In this document: positions 21,561 through 31,591 of the stretch, piece after piece
Numbering within the stretch: the first letter of the stretch is position 1
How the letters are laid out: each line of letters begins with the position of its first letter
Source of the DNA: Phycisphaerae bacterium
Lineage (GTDB): Bacteria > Planctomycetota > Phycisphaerae > UBA1845
NCBI GenBank assembly: GCA_963666835.2
Contig: CAXXGO010000006.1
Span: 2,208,001 to 2,272,000, forward strand
DNA length: 64,000 nucleotides
Reading direction: 5' to 3'
Translations under genes and position numbers: made by a program
The notes under the pieces: model-generated
The model's input: the letters and a program-made list of their open reading frames with translations, nothing else
Database searches by the model: none
What the model was told of the DNA's origin: nothing

Positions 21561-21995
21561 ATGTCGACGATCCGAGATGTACTGGCCAAGAAGGACGTTG
21601 ACGTCGCGACGGTCGGTTTGACAGACACCGTTCTAGACGCGGCGAGGATTATGAACGAACGCCGGTTCGGAGCTTTGTGTGTTATGGACGGCGACTCGCT
21701 CGCCGGGGTGTTTACGGAGCGCGATCTACTGACTCGGGTGGTTAGCGCCCGGCTCGATCCCGCCACCACCACCTTGGCCGGTGTAATGACGACCCCGGTC
21801 ACCACGTGCGGGTTGGACGGTCGGACGGACGATTGCGCCGCTGTCATGTCACACAAACGTATCCGTCACCTGCCGGTGGTAGAGGACGGCAAGTTGATTG
21901 GCATGGTATCAACGGGCGACCTGATGGCGCTTCAGGTGGCCGAGAAGCAGGCGTTCATTGAAGACCTCTATCAGTACCTCCACGGACGCACGTAG
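21561..21995 (+). CDS. CBS-domain pair protein
   Basis: RBS AAGGAGG; GVFTERDL, VMTTPVTT, IRHLPVVEDGKLIGMVSTGDL. Confidence 0.92.
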   Translation: MSTIRDVLAKKDVDVATVGLTDTVLDAARIMNERRFGALCVMDGDSLAGVFTERDLLTRVVSARLDPATTTLAGVMTTPVTTCGLDGRTDDCAAVMSHKRIRHLPVVEDGKLIGMVSTGDLMALQVAEKQAFIEDLYQYLHGRT

Positions 21996-22002
21996 CATGG
22001 AT

Positions 22003-23214
22003 TCAGGTAACGGGCACGGTTGCCGCAGACGCGGCCGGCGCGCCTGGAAGCGGCAGTTCCGGTTGGGGGCGGCAGACTTCGTGCTTGACCGCGCGGGCTT
22101 CGCGTTCAAACAGCCATGCCAATCGCGCCCCGCAAAGACGCGAGAGCCCCGGGCGGGGATTGGCGAGTTGCGTCTGCCAGAATGTTGAGTACATCTGCGC
22201 GGTACGCGTCCATGTCAACATCTTGGCATGATTGAATGCCTGCGAAACCAGCGCGGCGCGCGCGGGGAGATGCTCGATATAGTATTCCACTTGTGCGGCC
22301 AAATCTTCGCCGGTTGCCACCGTGACCACGTGCGGACTGAAGGATTCCGCCCCGACGTAATCGTGCTTGAGCGGGTCGCCATAGGCGGCGAAGACCAGAC
22401 GCTGCCGGGCCATGGCTTCCTGAATGGCCATCCGCCCGTCGAGGAACGCGAAGCATGAGTCGGTGATGAATCGCTGGGCGTCGGCGACCCGCCCGTGAAA
22501 CTCGACCGGCAGGGCGTCGCGCTCGACCGTGCCCTTCAGGGCCGGCATGAGCGTGCCGTCGCCGTATACGTCCAGCCGAAACCGGCGTTTCTGTCGATGA
22601 GTCAGGATTCGAACGGCGTCGAGGTATATTCCGATGCCGGTGTCCGGTTCAAGTCGGCCGATGTAGACGGCGGATTCAGGTTCGGGTTCGGGGATCGGTT
22701 GGAGATCTGCGGCCGTGGGGGACAGACCCTGGTCAGGGCATAGATCCGGGGCGACTTCCAGCCACTTCTCGATGAAGTTGCCGTCGTGAATGACTCCGGA
22801 TACTAACGCCAGAGAGCGAAAGGCCCGCTGTTTCTGCGAGTCAGGAACCGGATACGTGCAAGCCATGCCGTGGCGGATCAGGAAGGTCTTACGCGGGTCC
22901 ACCCATGGTCCGAGCATCCGCCAATAATACTCCAGCATGTGGGTGTTGCTGACGCTGACGACGTCGGCGCGCTTGAAAAGGTGTCGCATCCGCCAGAGTT
23001 CCCAGCGGCAGCGCAACGGGGAACGCAACGCGGGGAAACGGTGGATGCGGATTCCGTCATGGGCCTCGCGCGATGGAAGGTCAACAGTGTGGGCCCCGGC
23101 CACGACGTCGACTTCATGCCCGGCGTCCACGAGGGCTCGACCCAGTTCATGTACGTACTTCTCGACTCCGCCGACGCTCGGCCAATACCGGTGAACCAGG
23201 AAGACGATCTTCAT
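22003..23214 (-). CDS. Glycosyltransferase family 4 (GT-B)
   Basis: MKIVFLVHRYWPSVGGVEKYV...GHEVDV; YIGRLEPDTGI; EAMA. Confidence 0.85.
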   Translation of the reverse strand: MKIVFLVHRYWPSVGGVEKYVHELGRALVDAGHEVDVVAGAHTVDLPSREAHDGIRIHRFPALRSPLRCRWELWRMRHLFKRADVVSVSNTHMLEYYWRMLGPWVDPRKTFLIRHGMACTYPVPDSQKQRAFRSLALVSGVIHDGNFIEKWLEVAPDLCPDQGLSPTAADLQPIPEPEPESAVYIGRLEPDTGIGIYLDAVRILTHRQKRRFRLDVYGDGTLMPALKGTVERDALPVEFHGRVADAQRFITDSCFAFLDGRMAIQEAMARQRLVFAAYGDPLKHDYVGAESFSPHVVTVATGEDLAAQVEYYIEHLPARAALVSQAFNHAKMLTWTRTAQMYSTFWQTQLANPRPGLSRLCGARLAWLFEREARAVKHEVCRPQPELPLPGAPAASAATVPVT

Positions 23215-23226
23215 CCGGTCAACCTC

Positions 23227-24567
23227 TCATGCTCCCGTTCTGGTGTCCGCCGTCAAAGTCGCTCGGCCGGCGGTCTTCTCAGGGGCTATCGGATGTTCGC
23301 AGCCCGCGGCAAACCCTGACTCATCGAGAAAGCGATACAGCTTGCCTGCGTACTGGCGGTGGGCCGCGGCGCTGGGATGGCCGTCGTGCGGTTTGTTGTT
23401 GTATTCGCTGAGGCTCAGGTCCACCGAGATGTCCACAGTAGGAATCCCCTTGCGGGCGAAGTGTTGTAGCATTTCGGCCGTGCCGGGTTGGTCATCGATG
23501 CCGGCAAGTACTATCTTGATTCCGTGCTCCGCGCAGGTTTCGGCGAACTCGGCGATGATGGCCTTGGACACCTCGAAGCTCCGCAAAGCACACGTTTCCC
23601 GCTGGTTATAGTATCGTTCAATCGCGTGAAGGACCGCAGAGTGCCGCATGCCCGGCAGTTCATGGTATGGCAGATGATCGTGAGAGATCACCAGCTCGTT
23701 GTTCTCGTTCAGGCGGGCGTGGGGTTGCTGCAGCGAACCGGTGACCTTGCGCCGGGACCGCTGGAACGTGTTGCGTTCGTCGTGAAACGAGGCATAGGCG
23801 AGCACGGCCAGTGCCGGGTGACGTCCGTTCGCGAGGTTCTCCTGCAGTTGAATCAGCGAATGTAGAGTGCCGTAGCCCGTTACCCCGAAGTTGACCACGC
23901 GGTAGTTCGACAACATCTCGTCCAGCAGCCAGGGGTAAGTTTCGTCGTCATTCACCGACCATCCGTGAGTGAAGGAGCAGCCGAACACCCAGATCTCCTC
24001 GAGGGCCGAGACGTTCTTCGGCGAATCGGCCGGCCGGGTTATTCGTAGCGTGTCGGGTCCGTGAGTGACCGTGAACGTGTAGCCGTCCCAGAGCGTAAAT
24101 GTCATCTTGCCGGGCACGTGCGTGTATCCCAGCGTGGCATGTTTGAGAAAGGCCTTCCCGCCGCCTTCAACGTACGGGTTCTGCCCGCTTGGCTGCCAGG
24201 GCATCTGTCCCGTCACCCGCAGTGCGACTTCCCCGACACCGAACATCAAAACCGCAAAGATCGCACACAGCGTCGCGGCAAACAACGCGCGTTTGGGTAA
24301 GCCGAGTTTCGCAGCCCCAGCGGGGCGTGTCTGCGGAAGCAGGGAGTGGCACAGAAACATCCCGATGCCGGCGATGCTGAGTCCGCCAAGCAGCAGGATG
24401 ACCTGAGTGGAGCCGATGCTGCCAAAGGTCAGGCCGACTTGCGGCCAACCTTGGGGTAGGGCACGACTCATTACGACCAGTCCGGGGACGATCGACAGTG
24501 CAATGAGGATTCTGCCGCTCCGCCCGGAGTCTTTTCGATCTTGTCCGGCGTTTTCCGCCAAGGCCAT
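23227..24567 (-). CDS. Membrane-anchored SGNH/GDSL hydrolase-family protein
   Basis: N-terminal TMs; VFGCSFTHG (block I), NFGVTGYGT (block II), DGHPS (block V); start chosen at MALAEN. Confidence 0.82.
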   Translation of the reverse strand: MALAENAGQDRKDSGRSGRILIALSIVPGLVVMSRALPQGWPQVGLTFGSIGSTQVILLLGGLSIAGIGMFLCHSLLPQTRPAGAAKLGLPKRALFAATLCAIFAVLMFGVGEVALRVTGQMPWQPSGQNPYVEGGGKAFLKHATLGYTHVPGKMTFTLWDGYTFTVTHGPDTLRITRPADSPKNVSALEEIWVFGCSFTHGWSVNDDETYPWLLDEMLSNYRVVNFGVTGYGTLHSLIQLQENLANGRHPALAVLAYASFHDERNTFQRSRRKVTGSLQQPHARLNENNELVISHDHLPYHELPGMRHSAVLHAIERYYNQRETCALRSFEVSKAIIAEFAETCAEHGIKIVLAGIDDQPGTAEMLQHFARKGIPTVDISVDLSLSEYNNKPHDGHPSAAAHRQYAGKLYRFLDESGFAAGCEHPIAPEKTAGRATLTADTRTGA

Positions 24568-24581
24568 CTCAGTATTCCCGG

Positions 24582-25382
24582 TCAACTTGTGGTTTCTTTG
24601 CGTGAACCGAACATCAACAGGACGAACCCCATCAGCCCGTCCAACAGAGAGGGCGTATCGGCCCACTTCGGGCGGCGACCGGTGATTCTTTTGCACCAGT
24701 GGTCGGCAATCGATTGCCGGAACCCCATCGCGTGCGTGTTGATCCGTTCGAAGCCGGCGGCGCGGGCCCGGCGGATTAGCTCGGTTCGACTGTAGGGGAT
24801 CTCCATCCCATAAGGCCACCAACCGCGGAACTCCAGATACGCCTTCCAGGCTCGATACGGCAGGCATTGTGCGTGAGGTACGCTGACGATGGCCAACCCG
24901 CCCGGGCGTAACATCCTGTGGTGGGCTGCCAGGGCGGCGGTGCGGTTGTCACCCCGGAAGTGTTCCACCACGCCCAGGGATACTACGACGTCGTAGTCTC
25001 CGGTAAGCGAACGGCATGCCTTGAACATGTCACTTCGTTCCAGCCGGGCGGAGAGCCCGAGCCGAAGAAACCGCTCACGAGCCGCATCCAGAGCCGCCTG
25101 GCTTTGATCCAGCAGGGTGACGTCGGCGCCCCGCTCGGCCAGCAGGGCGGAAAGATCTCCGCGGCCGCACCCCAGCTCGATGGTCCGCAAGCCGCCGATG
25201 CAGCCGAAGGTGGTCTCGATCCGGTCAAGGATGATCTGCCAGCGTAGTCCGCGGCGCTCGCGGGCGAGGATTTCGTCGTCCTTTGTACTGGAAGAGCCGT
25301 TCTGCCACAGCCGATCCCAGACCCCCGCGACGGAAGGCTCGATCGAAGGCTCTGCGCTTATTGCCGACGTGTTCACCGTCAT
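24582..25382 (-). CDS. Class I SAM-dependent methyltransferase
   Basis: IELGCGRG, LLDQS, YDVVVSLGVVEHF, LRPGG. Confidence 0.88.
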   Translation of the reverse strand: MTVNTSAISAEPSIEPSVAGVWDRLWQNGSSSTKDDEILARERRGLRWQIILDRIETTFGCIGGLRTIELGCGRGDLSALLAERGADVTLLDQSQAALDAARERFLRLGLSARLERSDMFKACRSLTGDYDVVVSLGVVEHFRGDNRTAALAAHHRMLRPGGLAIVSVPHAQCLPYRAWKAYLEFRGWWPYGMEIPYSRTELIRRARAAGFERINTHAMGFRQSIADHWCKRITGRRPKWADTPSLLDGLMGFVLLMFGSRKETTS

Positions 25383-25634
25383 GTTAGCCCATCTCCGACC
25401 TCGGTGTTCCAATCCGCACACCTGGCGCGGACCCGACGCATGTTTATCGGACGACGAGGCTCGAGGCTAAAGCAACCCGGCGCGTAACGCAGGCTTCCAG
25501 CCCGCCCCCGCTACCAGAAAGCCCGTCGCGTCTCTTCCTCCCCTCCTTACCAAGGAGCGGCCGGGGGACGTTCCTCTTTCTGAATGTCCCTCTTGAGGAG
25601 GGAAGGCCGCATAACGATCATCGTGAAACCGGCG

Positions 25635-26642
25635 TCAGCTTGCCGACGCCGCACGCGGGGCCGGTAGCGGGCGATCGTGACGAGGAGCACCCCCTAATAA
25701 CCAGCGAATGACGGCGTGGCCGGTGTCCCAGGCGACGGCAAGGCTTCTTCGGTAACGCAACGACTCCGCGAAGTAACGGGCGGCGCGGCGATAGTAGCCT
25801 CGGTGATAAGTGTTGAATCCGAGCTGGCGGCAGGCGCCGGCGAGGTTGTCGTCAACGGCCGCCCGTTGTCGACCATCGAGATCGCCAAAGGCCGTTCTGA
25901 TCCGGTGCAGCACGTCACGGTAGCGTTGCATGTTCCGATGCTTATCGGTGCGGGACAGGCTACCGTCCACGTAGTGATGCAGGCAGAGGGGTTCGTCCAC
26001 GAAGCCCGCACGACACGCCCGTGACACCGTCAGATAGAACAGCCATTCTTCGGCATAGGAAAGGTCCGCGGGGAATCGGATCGTCTCGCCGAGAACCGAC
26101 CGCCGGACCATTCCGACGATCGTCGCTATGAAGTACCCGCGAATCAGCGTGTCGAACAGGGTGCCGTCGCACACCCGTAGGTTCGAGCCCACCGTCGTAC
26201 ACGGTACCTCACGGGCGAGCCGTCCTTTGGTGTCGAAAACGCTTTCATGGCGGACGCCGTCGCTATCGATAAACGCGTAATCACTATAAACCAGGCCCAG
26301 CTCCGGGCAGAGTTCGAACAGGCGGATCTGGCGTTCCAGCTTGCGGGGCAGGTACTCGTCGTCGGAGTCGAGGAACGCGATGAACTCGCCCCGAGCGGCG
26401 TCAATTCCCCGATTCCGCGCCGCGCTGCTGCCGGCGTTGTCCTGTCGAAGGTGGATGAACCTCGATCCCAGTCGATTGGCGTAGTCGGCGGCGACGGACT
26501 CGGTCTCGTCGGTCGAGCCGTCGTCCACTAAAACGATTTCCCAGTCCAGAAAGGTCTGGGCGATGACCGATTCCAACGCCCGGGGCAGCAACGCCGCCCG
26601 GTTGTAGGTGGGGATCACTACGGAGACGGTCGGTCTGTTCAT
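25635..26642 (-). CDS. Glycosyltransferase family 2
   Basis: VSVVIPTYNR, VDDGSTD, SAARNRGI, FLDSDD. Confidence 0.92.
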   Translation of the reverse strand: MNRPTVSVVIPTYNRAALLPRALESVIAQTFLDWEIVLVDDGSTDETESVAADYANRLGSRFIHLRQDNAGSSAARNRGIDAARGEFIAFLDSDDEYLPRKLERQIRLFELCPELGLVYSDYAFIDSDGVRHESVFDTKGRLAREVPCTTVGSNLRVCDGTLFDTLIRGYFIATIVGMVRRSVLGETIRFPADLSYAEEWLFYLTVSRACRAGFVDEPLCLHHYVDGSLSRTDKHRNMQRYRDVLHRIRTAFGDLDGRQRAAVDDNLAGACRQLGFNTYHRGYYRRAARYFAESLRYRRSLAVAWDTGHAVIRWLLGGAPRHDRPLPAPRAASAS

Positions 26643-28027
26643 GACATTCCCGCTCCCACCGGTTTTGGCGCCGGCTCTTCCTTCTGACGCGAAGCCCCGA
26701 TCAGGCGATTAAGCACCGAGGCGAGCTTCTGCGCCAAACGCAGCCGACTGAATGGTGCCAGAGCCTCGGCCGGGCAGCCGGGGATAGGCCGGCCGATATG
26801 CCACCCGATCATCAGCTGCGCCAAGGCGTCGGCGATCTCATCTTGATCGAAGTTCGTGGTTATGCCGGCCGCGCACGAGTTGACGATCCGCTCTGCTTGC
26901 CCATCCTCAGGCCCGACCACCAGAATGGGCCTTTCCGCCGCCAGGTACTCGAACAGCTTGGCCGGGATCACCGAGTCGGCGTTTGGGCCGTCCGGCACGT
27001 TCAACAGCAGGGCGTCGGCGGTTCTCATCTCGCGAATCGCCTCGGCGTGAGGCACCTCCCCGGCGAAAGAGCAGGGCGTCTTCGTGGCGTCCAACCTGCG
27101 GCGGGTCTCGGCGCTCACATGCCCGACGATACGTAGCTCGAACCGGCATTTCTGCTCACAGAGAGTGTCAACAAAGTGTCTCAGCCCGTTGAACCACGCC
27201 GGTGGAGTCCGCCGGCGATCGAATCGGCCGACGTGCGTTAAGACGAACGGTCGAGAATCCGCACTTCTCGGGGGCATCTTCTCGGTGAAATCCGCCGGGT
27301 CGAAACCGTTGGTGATGGTGATGAACTTGCTACGCTGCGGCGGCGGCAGATGCCCGGAGAGTATCTCCGTCTGTCGCTCGGTCACTGCAATCACTATATC
27401 CGCAGTCTGCAGTATTTGCAGTTCGAGGCGCCGATGGTGGCCGCGGCGCTTTTCGCACGGCTCATCATAGCGGTAATCGTCGGTCCAAAGGTCGCGGAAG
27501 TCGGCCACCCAGGGGAGGTTCGTCCTGCGTTTGACGTCCAGAGCCAGCGTGTGGTTGCAGATCGGGCTGAACGTAGAGTAGATCGCCGCGACGTTTTCCT
27601 CCCGGATCAGTCGGCAAACCGGGGCGACGCTGCTTCGTACCCACGAGCTGCCGTCGTTCGCCGAGTCCGCCGTCGCCAGCCGGGCATCCAAACGCCAGTC
27701 GACCGCCTTGGCCAGCTTCGATAACAGTCCGTCGCCGTCCGACACGTTGCGCAGGGACCTGCGAACCGCGCGGATCGTGCCGCCGTTACCGTGGCGGTAA
27801 ACGCGAACCTCGGTCGGCAAGTCCGCCAGGAGAGTCGGGTCCTGCGGCAGCTCGTCGACGGGCTCCTGCGTCCAGGCGAACGGCTGCCAACCGGACTGCG
27901 GAAGGTACTTGGCGTACTTGGCCGTGCGCTGGACGCCGGGCCCGCCCGTGGGCGGGAACGCCGAGGCGATCATTAGCACCCGATGACCGTCGCCCGGCCC
28001 GCCGCCGTTTAAGAGCCCGTTAGCCAC
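26639..28027 (-). CDS. Glycosyltransferase family 4
   Basis: FPPTGGPGVQR, PWVADFRDLW, ITNGFD, IPAKLFEYLAA; overlaps the GT2 start by 4 bp. Confidence 0.88.
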   Translation of the reverse strand: MANGLLNGGGPGDGHRVLMIASAFPPTGGPGVQRTAKYAKYLPQSGWQPFAWTQEPVDELPQDPTLLADLPTEVRVYRHGNGGTIRAVRRSLRNVSDGDGLLSKLAKAVDWRLDARLATADSANDGSSWVRSSVAPVCRLIREENVAAIYSTFSPICNHTLALDVKRRTNLPWVADFRDLWTDDYRYDEPCEKRRGHHRRLELQILQTADIVIAVTERQTEILSGHLPPPQRSKFITITNGFDPADFTEKMPPRSADSRPFVLTHVGRFDRRRTPPAWFNGLRHFVDTLCEQKCRFELRIVGHVSAETRRRLDATKTPCSFAGEVPHAEAIREMRTADALLLNVPDGPNADSVIPAKLFEYLAAERPILVVGPEDGQAERIVNSCAAGITTNFDQDEIADALAQLMIGWHIGRPIPGCPAEALAPFSRLRLAQKLASVLNRLIGASRQKEEPAPKPVGAGMS

Positions 28028-28381
28028 GCGGGTTGTCCCTGTCGCAGATGATGCAATCCGCGCGCGGCAATCCGCGCGCTCTCGATGAGGTTATCGGCAC
28101 AACACAGGGGCCGATGGAGACTCGTAGTCCGATATTGGCCGCGAGAGCGGGGAAGGGGGGTCGACCGACGCGGCGTGGAATCTTCTTGGAAAATGCCGAT
28201 TTTGCTTGATTCAACAATTCCAGTGCGATAGGATCTGGATATGCGGACGTTTGAAGCGAGCGTCCCATGGGTCGGTTCGGAGTATTCACGTCGACCGCCT
28301 CCCCGGGATTCGGCGGTCTTTGGGCTTGAGGTTCGCGCTCACTCGATCGCGGGCCGGACTCACTTTCGGAGACTGAGAATC

Positions 28382-31300
28382 ATGAAAAGGACGTATCACG
28401 GACGAGATCGAAGCCGCCTGAGGCGCGTGCCGCGGCCTCCGTGCTCGCGGGGGCGACCGGGGATCGCCGGCGTTTTCGAGCATGGGCCATCTGTGCGGCC
28501 TCCGCGTTTGACGGGGCGACCGTGGGGGATGCTTCGGCCTATCGCGGGTGGGATAGCCCTGGCCGTGGGGTTGGGGATGCTGATCACGCTGGCGTTCTTC
28601 CCGCAGGTCGAGGCCCGCACGTCGGAAGGCCCCGAGCTTACCGGGGAAGAGCCGTACGTTGCGGTGGTCGATCCGCGGGACGGCCCCGACCCGGCCGAGC
28701 CGGAGCGGGGAGTGCTGCGGATTCGGGTGGTTACCGACGTCGGAATCCTGTTGATCCACGACGGCGGCGGCACCGCGGAGAATCCCGGCCCACCGGCGGA
28801 GTATGCGGATCAATGGCAGGAGCTTGACGACCCGTATGCACCTGCAGATTCGCTTGAGTACCCGAGCGCGCCGCCGGAGTACGCGGGTCTATGGCAAGAC
28901 CCCGATGACGCGACTGCGTTGGAATCGGAGGACTGGGCCGACGAACCGAGTGCGGAATCCGAAGAGTGGGCCGGTGATCCGGCCGCTTGGGAGGATGAGG
29001 AATGGCCCGCCGAGCCGAGTGCTGCGGATTCCGAGGAGCGGGCTGACGAATCGAGTGCTCTGGAAAGGGGAGAATGGGCCGACGACTCGGCTGCGTTCGA
29101 ATCGGACGAATGGGCCGCTGGCTCCGCCGCCTTCGAACCGGAGCAATGGCCGGCCGACCAAGATGACGTTGACGCGGCAGCCGCCCCCGAGGCGGTCGAC
29201 GGGACGAGCGGCGCGTACGTCGCCCTCTGGCACGATTTCGAGAGCCATCGGCTCTTCGTGTTCGAACGCCCGATCTTCGAGATGTTGGACGTCGGCCATG
29301 CGGTCGTAAACCTCGAGCGCGATCTAGGAATCGACGCGCAGAGCCTGGCCGCCGAGGTCGCGGTAGTCTCCGAGGCGATAGACGCGGCCTGGTCGCAAGA
29401 CGAAGACGCCACCACGTGGGAACGAGCCAGCGTGGAGATGATCGAGTACCTGCTGGCGTTCGACCCCCACGGCCACCCTGACCGAGCAGACCCTCCGCCG
29501 CTACGCCCCTGGAAGAGCATAGAGTGCGACGGGCTCATGCGGCTCGGGGCGCTTGGGTGGCAGGTTCTGTTTTTAGGTGACCTTTCGAATTGTGTTCCAA
29601 CTGGCGGCTGTACGGGACCATGCTGCGACGATCCGGACCCCTGCTGTGGAGACCCGGACCCATGCTGTGGCAGTTCGGACCCTTGCTGCGGCGATCCCGA
29701 CCCATGCTGCGGCAGCTCGGACCCTTGCTGTGGCGATCCGGACCCCTGCTGCGGCAGTTCGGACCCCTGCTGCGGCGATCCCGACCCATGCTGCGGTAGC
29801 TCGGACCCCTGCTGTGGCGCGGACCCGTGCGATCCGGTCTGCGGTAATCCTTGCCTGTGTTTGAGCTGTGACGACGGCAATCCCTGCACGGTTGACACGT
29901 GCGATCCGGATACCGGGTGTAGCCACGAGGACATGTCCTGCGGGAGCGGGAATGGAAGCTGCTGCAACCCGCCTGCGGATTGCTGCAACGGAGTATGCTG
30001 CGCGGTAGGTGGAAGTTGCTGCGGCAGCGGCTGTTGCGACCCAGGCCGGGAGTGCTGCGAAGGCGAAACCACGTGCTGCGCGGTGGGTGGAAGCTGCTGC
30101 AACGACGAATGCTGCAATGGCCCCTGCTGCCAAGGTAATTGCTGCCCAGCGGAGAATTCCTGCTGCGGGAGCAACTGCTGCGCTGCAGGCCGGGAGTGCT
30201 GTGAAGGCGAAACCACGTGCTGTGCGGTGGGTGGAAGCTGCTGCAACGACGAATGCTGCAATGGCCCCTGCTGCCAGGGTAATTGCTGCCCAGCGGAGAA
30301 TTCCTGCTGCGGGAGCAACTGCTGCGTTGCAGGTCGCGAGTGCTGTGAAGGCGAAACCGTGTGCTGCGCGGTGGGCGACGTTTGCTGCGGCGACGAATGT
30401 TGTGATGAGGATCGTTGTTGCGGAAACGGGGAGTGTTGCGCGGAGGAGTGTGAGGAGTGCCTGGACAACGGGTCGCTGTCGGGCGGAGCGGTAAGTGTGG
30501 TACCGCAGGTAGTGTGCATCGGGCAGACGATCACCTTTGCCATCGACGGCGTGGTCGATAGCGGCGGTCTGAAGCGGGTTGATTGCTCCAGCACCATCGA
30601 CCTTCCGGCCGTGGAGCCGAGCTACACGTGGGTGATCACGACGCCGGACTCGACCACGGAAAGCGGCTCGGGTGCGTCGGCCAACGTCACAACCGACCAG
30701 GCCGGAGTCTACTCATGCACCTTCACGGCCACCGCCAACCGCGACTGCCCGCCGGCGGATCTGAACGTCGGTCCGGCGACGAAGCAACTGGCGTTTGCGG
30801 CCGAGCTGACGCTTGACCCCTCGTCAATCTCGGCATTTGCCGGCTGGGGCGGGCCGAACTATAGATACTCGCGGATCACGGTAGAGTGGGACCCGCCCGA
30901 GTGCGAGGGACGCGTGGAAATCGCGGAACTCGAGCCGGCCGGGGATTACGTTCCGCCGAACGACGGATGGGTGACAAAGGATGGCGATCACTGGGTCTAT
31001 GAAGCGTTTGCCGAGCCGCAGGATGCATTATGTCCGGAGGCCGTGCGCGTGTGGGTGGCGGCCTTCCAAGGCGATACGGAGGTGGCTCGCCGGAGTATTC
31101 TCGTGCTCCCGGTGCATACGTTCTGGACGACCGGGCACCAGCACGGCCCAGGCGCCCAGCAGCACCCGCCGGACAACGACGACTTCTGGAACGACTACGA
31201 CTTCCTGCGCTGGAAGTACGCCGCGGTTCACGCGACGACGGGAGGGACTTTCGCCGCTGTAAGGATCAGCAATAATCCCTGCGTTGACTGCCGTACCGGC

Positions 31301-31570
31301 CTGTTTACCTGGGTTTGTGTGCCCGCATGCACGCATGACGATGGAAGTGTCGATTTTGGCACGGGTGCGTTTGCCGGATCCGAGAACAGTGCAGCCAGCA
31401 TGATTGGCCACGAACTCACGCACACAATTGGTGCGACTGAGTGTCAGGCATATACATGGGAGTTCAATAACGATGCCGCTACCGGCATCTTTCCGTGCGA
31501 TGCCGACTATCTTGCAGATGTTGTGCAGAAGCTAAACTGCGAGTGCAGCGGGATTGGGTGTCCGGAGTAG
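28382..31570 (+). CDS. Full-length Cys-rich exported protein (putative polymorphic toxin carrier) with C-terminal HExxH metallopeptidase-like domain; start may be 28529
   Basis: Signal-like GIALAVGLGMLITLAFFPQVEA; acidic Trp repeats; CC repeats; CDDGNPCTVDTCDP (Dictyostelium-type) repeat; Ig/PKD-like anchor; C-terminal GHELTH (31409-31423)...ECQAY. Confidence 0.8.
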   Translation: MKRTYHGRDRSRLRRVPRPPCSRGRPGIAGVFEHGPSVRPPRLTGRPWGMLRPIAGGIALAVGLGMLITLAFFPQVEARTSEGPELTGEEPYVAVVDPRDGPDPAEPERGVLRIRVVTDVGILLIHDGGGTAENPGPPAEYADQWQELDDPYAPADSLEYPSAPPEYAGLWQDPDDATALESEDWADEPSAESEEWAGDPAAWEDEEWPAEPSAADSEERADESSALERGEWADDSAAFESDEWAAGSAAFEPEQWPADQDDVDAAAAPEAVDGTSGAYVALWHDFESHRLFVFERPIFEMLDVGHAVVNLERDLGIDAQSLAAEVAVVSEAIDAAWSQDEDATTWERASVEMIEYLLAFDPHGHPDRADPPPLRPWKSIECDGLMRLGALGWQVLFLGDLSNCVPTGGCTGPCCDDPDPCCGDPDPCCGSSDPCCGDPDPCCGSSDPCCGDPDPCCGSSDPCCGDPDPCCGSSDPCCGADPCDPVCGNPCLCLSCDDGNPCTVDTCDPDTGCSHEDMSCGSGNGSCCNPPADCCNGVCCAVGGSCCGSGCCDPGRECCEGETTCCAVGGSCCNDECCNGPCCQGNCCPAENSCCGSNCCAAGRECCEGETTCCAVGGSCCNDECCNGPCCQGNCCPAENSCCGSNCCVAGRECCEGETVCCAVGDVCCGDECCDEDRCCGNGECCAEECEECLDNGSLSGGAVSVVPQVVCIGQTITFAIDGVVDSGGLKRVDCSSTIDLPAVEPSYTWVITTPDSTTESGSGASANVTTDQAGVYSCTFTATANRDCPPADLNVGPATKQLAFAAELTLDPSSISAFAGWGGPNYRYSRITVEWDPPECEGRVEIAELEPAGDYVPPNDGWVTKDGDHWVYEAFAEPQDALCPEAVRVWVAAFQGDTEVARRSILVLPVHTFWTTGHQHGPGAQQHPPDNDDFWNDYDFLRWKYAAVHATTGGTFAAVRISNNPCVDCRTGLFTWVCVPACTHDDGSVDFGTGAFAGSENSAASMIGHELTHTIGATECQAYTWEFNNDAATGIFPCDADYLADVVQKLNCECSGIGCPE
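29621..29827 (+). repeat. About ten 21-bp coding repeats (CCGDPDP/CCGSSDP)
   Basis: Alternating heptapeptide units read directly from the sequence. Confidence 0.9.
30044..30331 (+). repeat. Two 144-bp coding repeats (GRECCEGETTCC...CCGSNCCxA); a third unit start at 30332 begins the shared anchor
   Basis: Units start at 30044, 30188 and 30332. Confidence 0.9.
30332..30778 (+). repeat. 447-bp shared anchor, copy 1 of 5 (others at 33325-33771, 37998-38444, 41832-42278, 51340-51786)
   Basis: GRECCEGET...CLDNG...VVPQVVCIGQTI...SYTWVIT...GVYSC...CPPAD..PA is near-identical in all five copies; sequences diverge within a few codons after it. Confidence 0.95.
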
Positions 31571-31591
31571 ATCAGACTATTGGAGTCAGCT

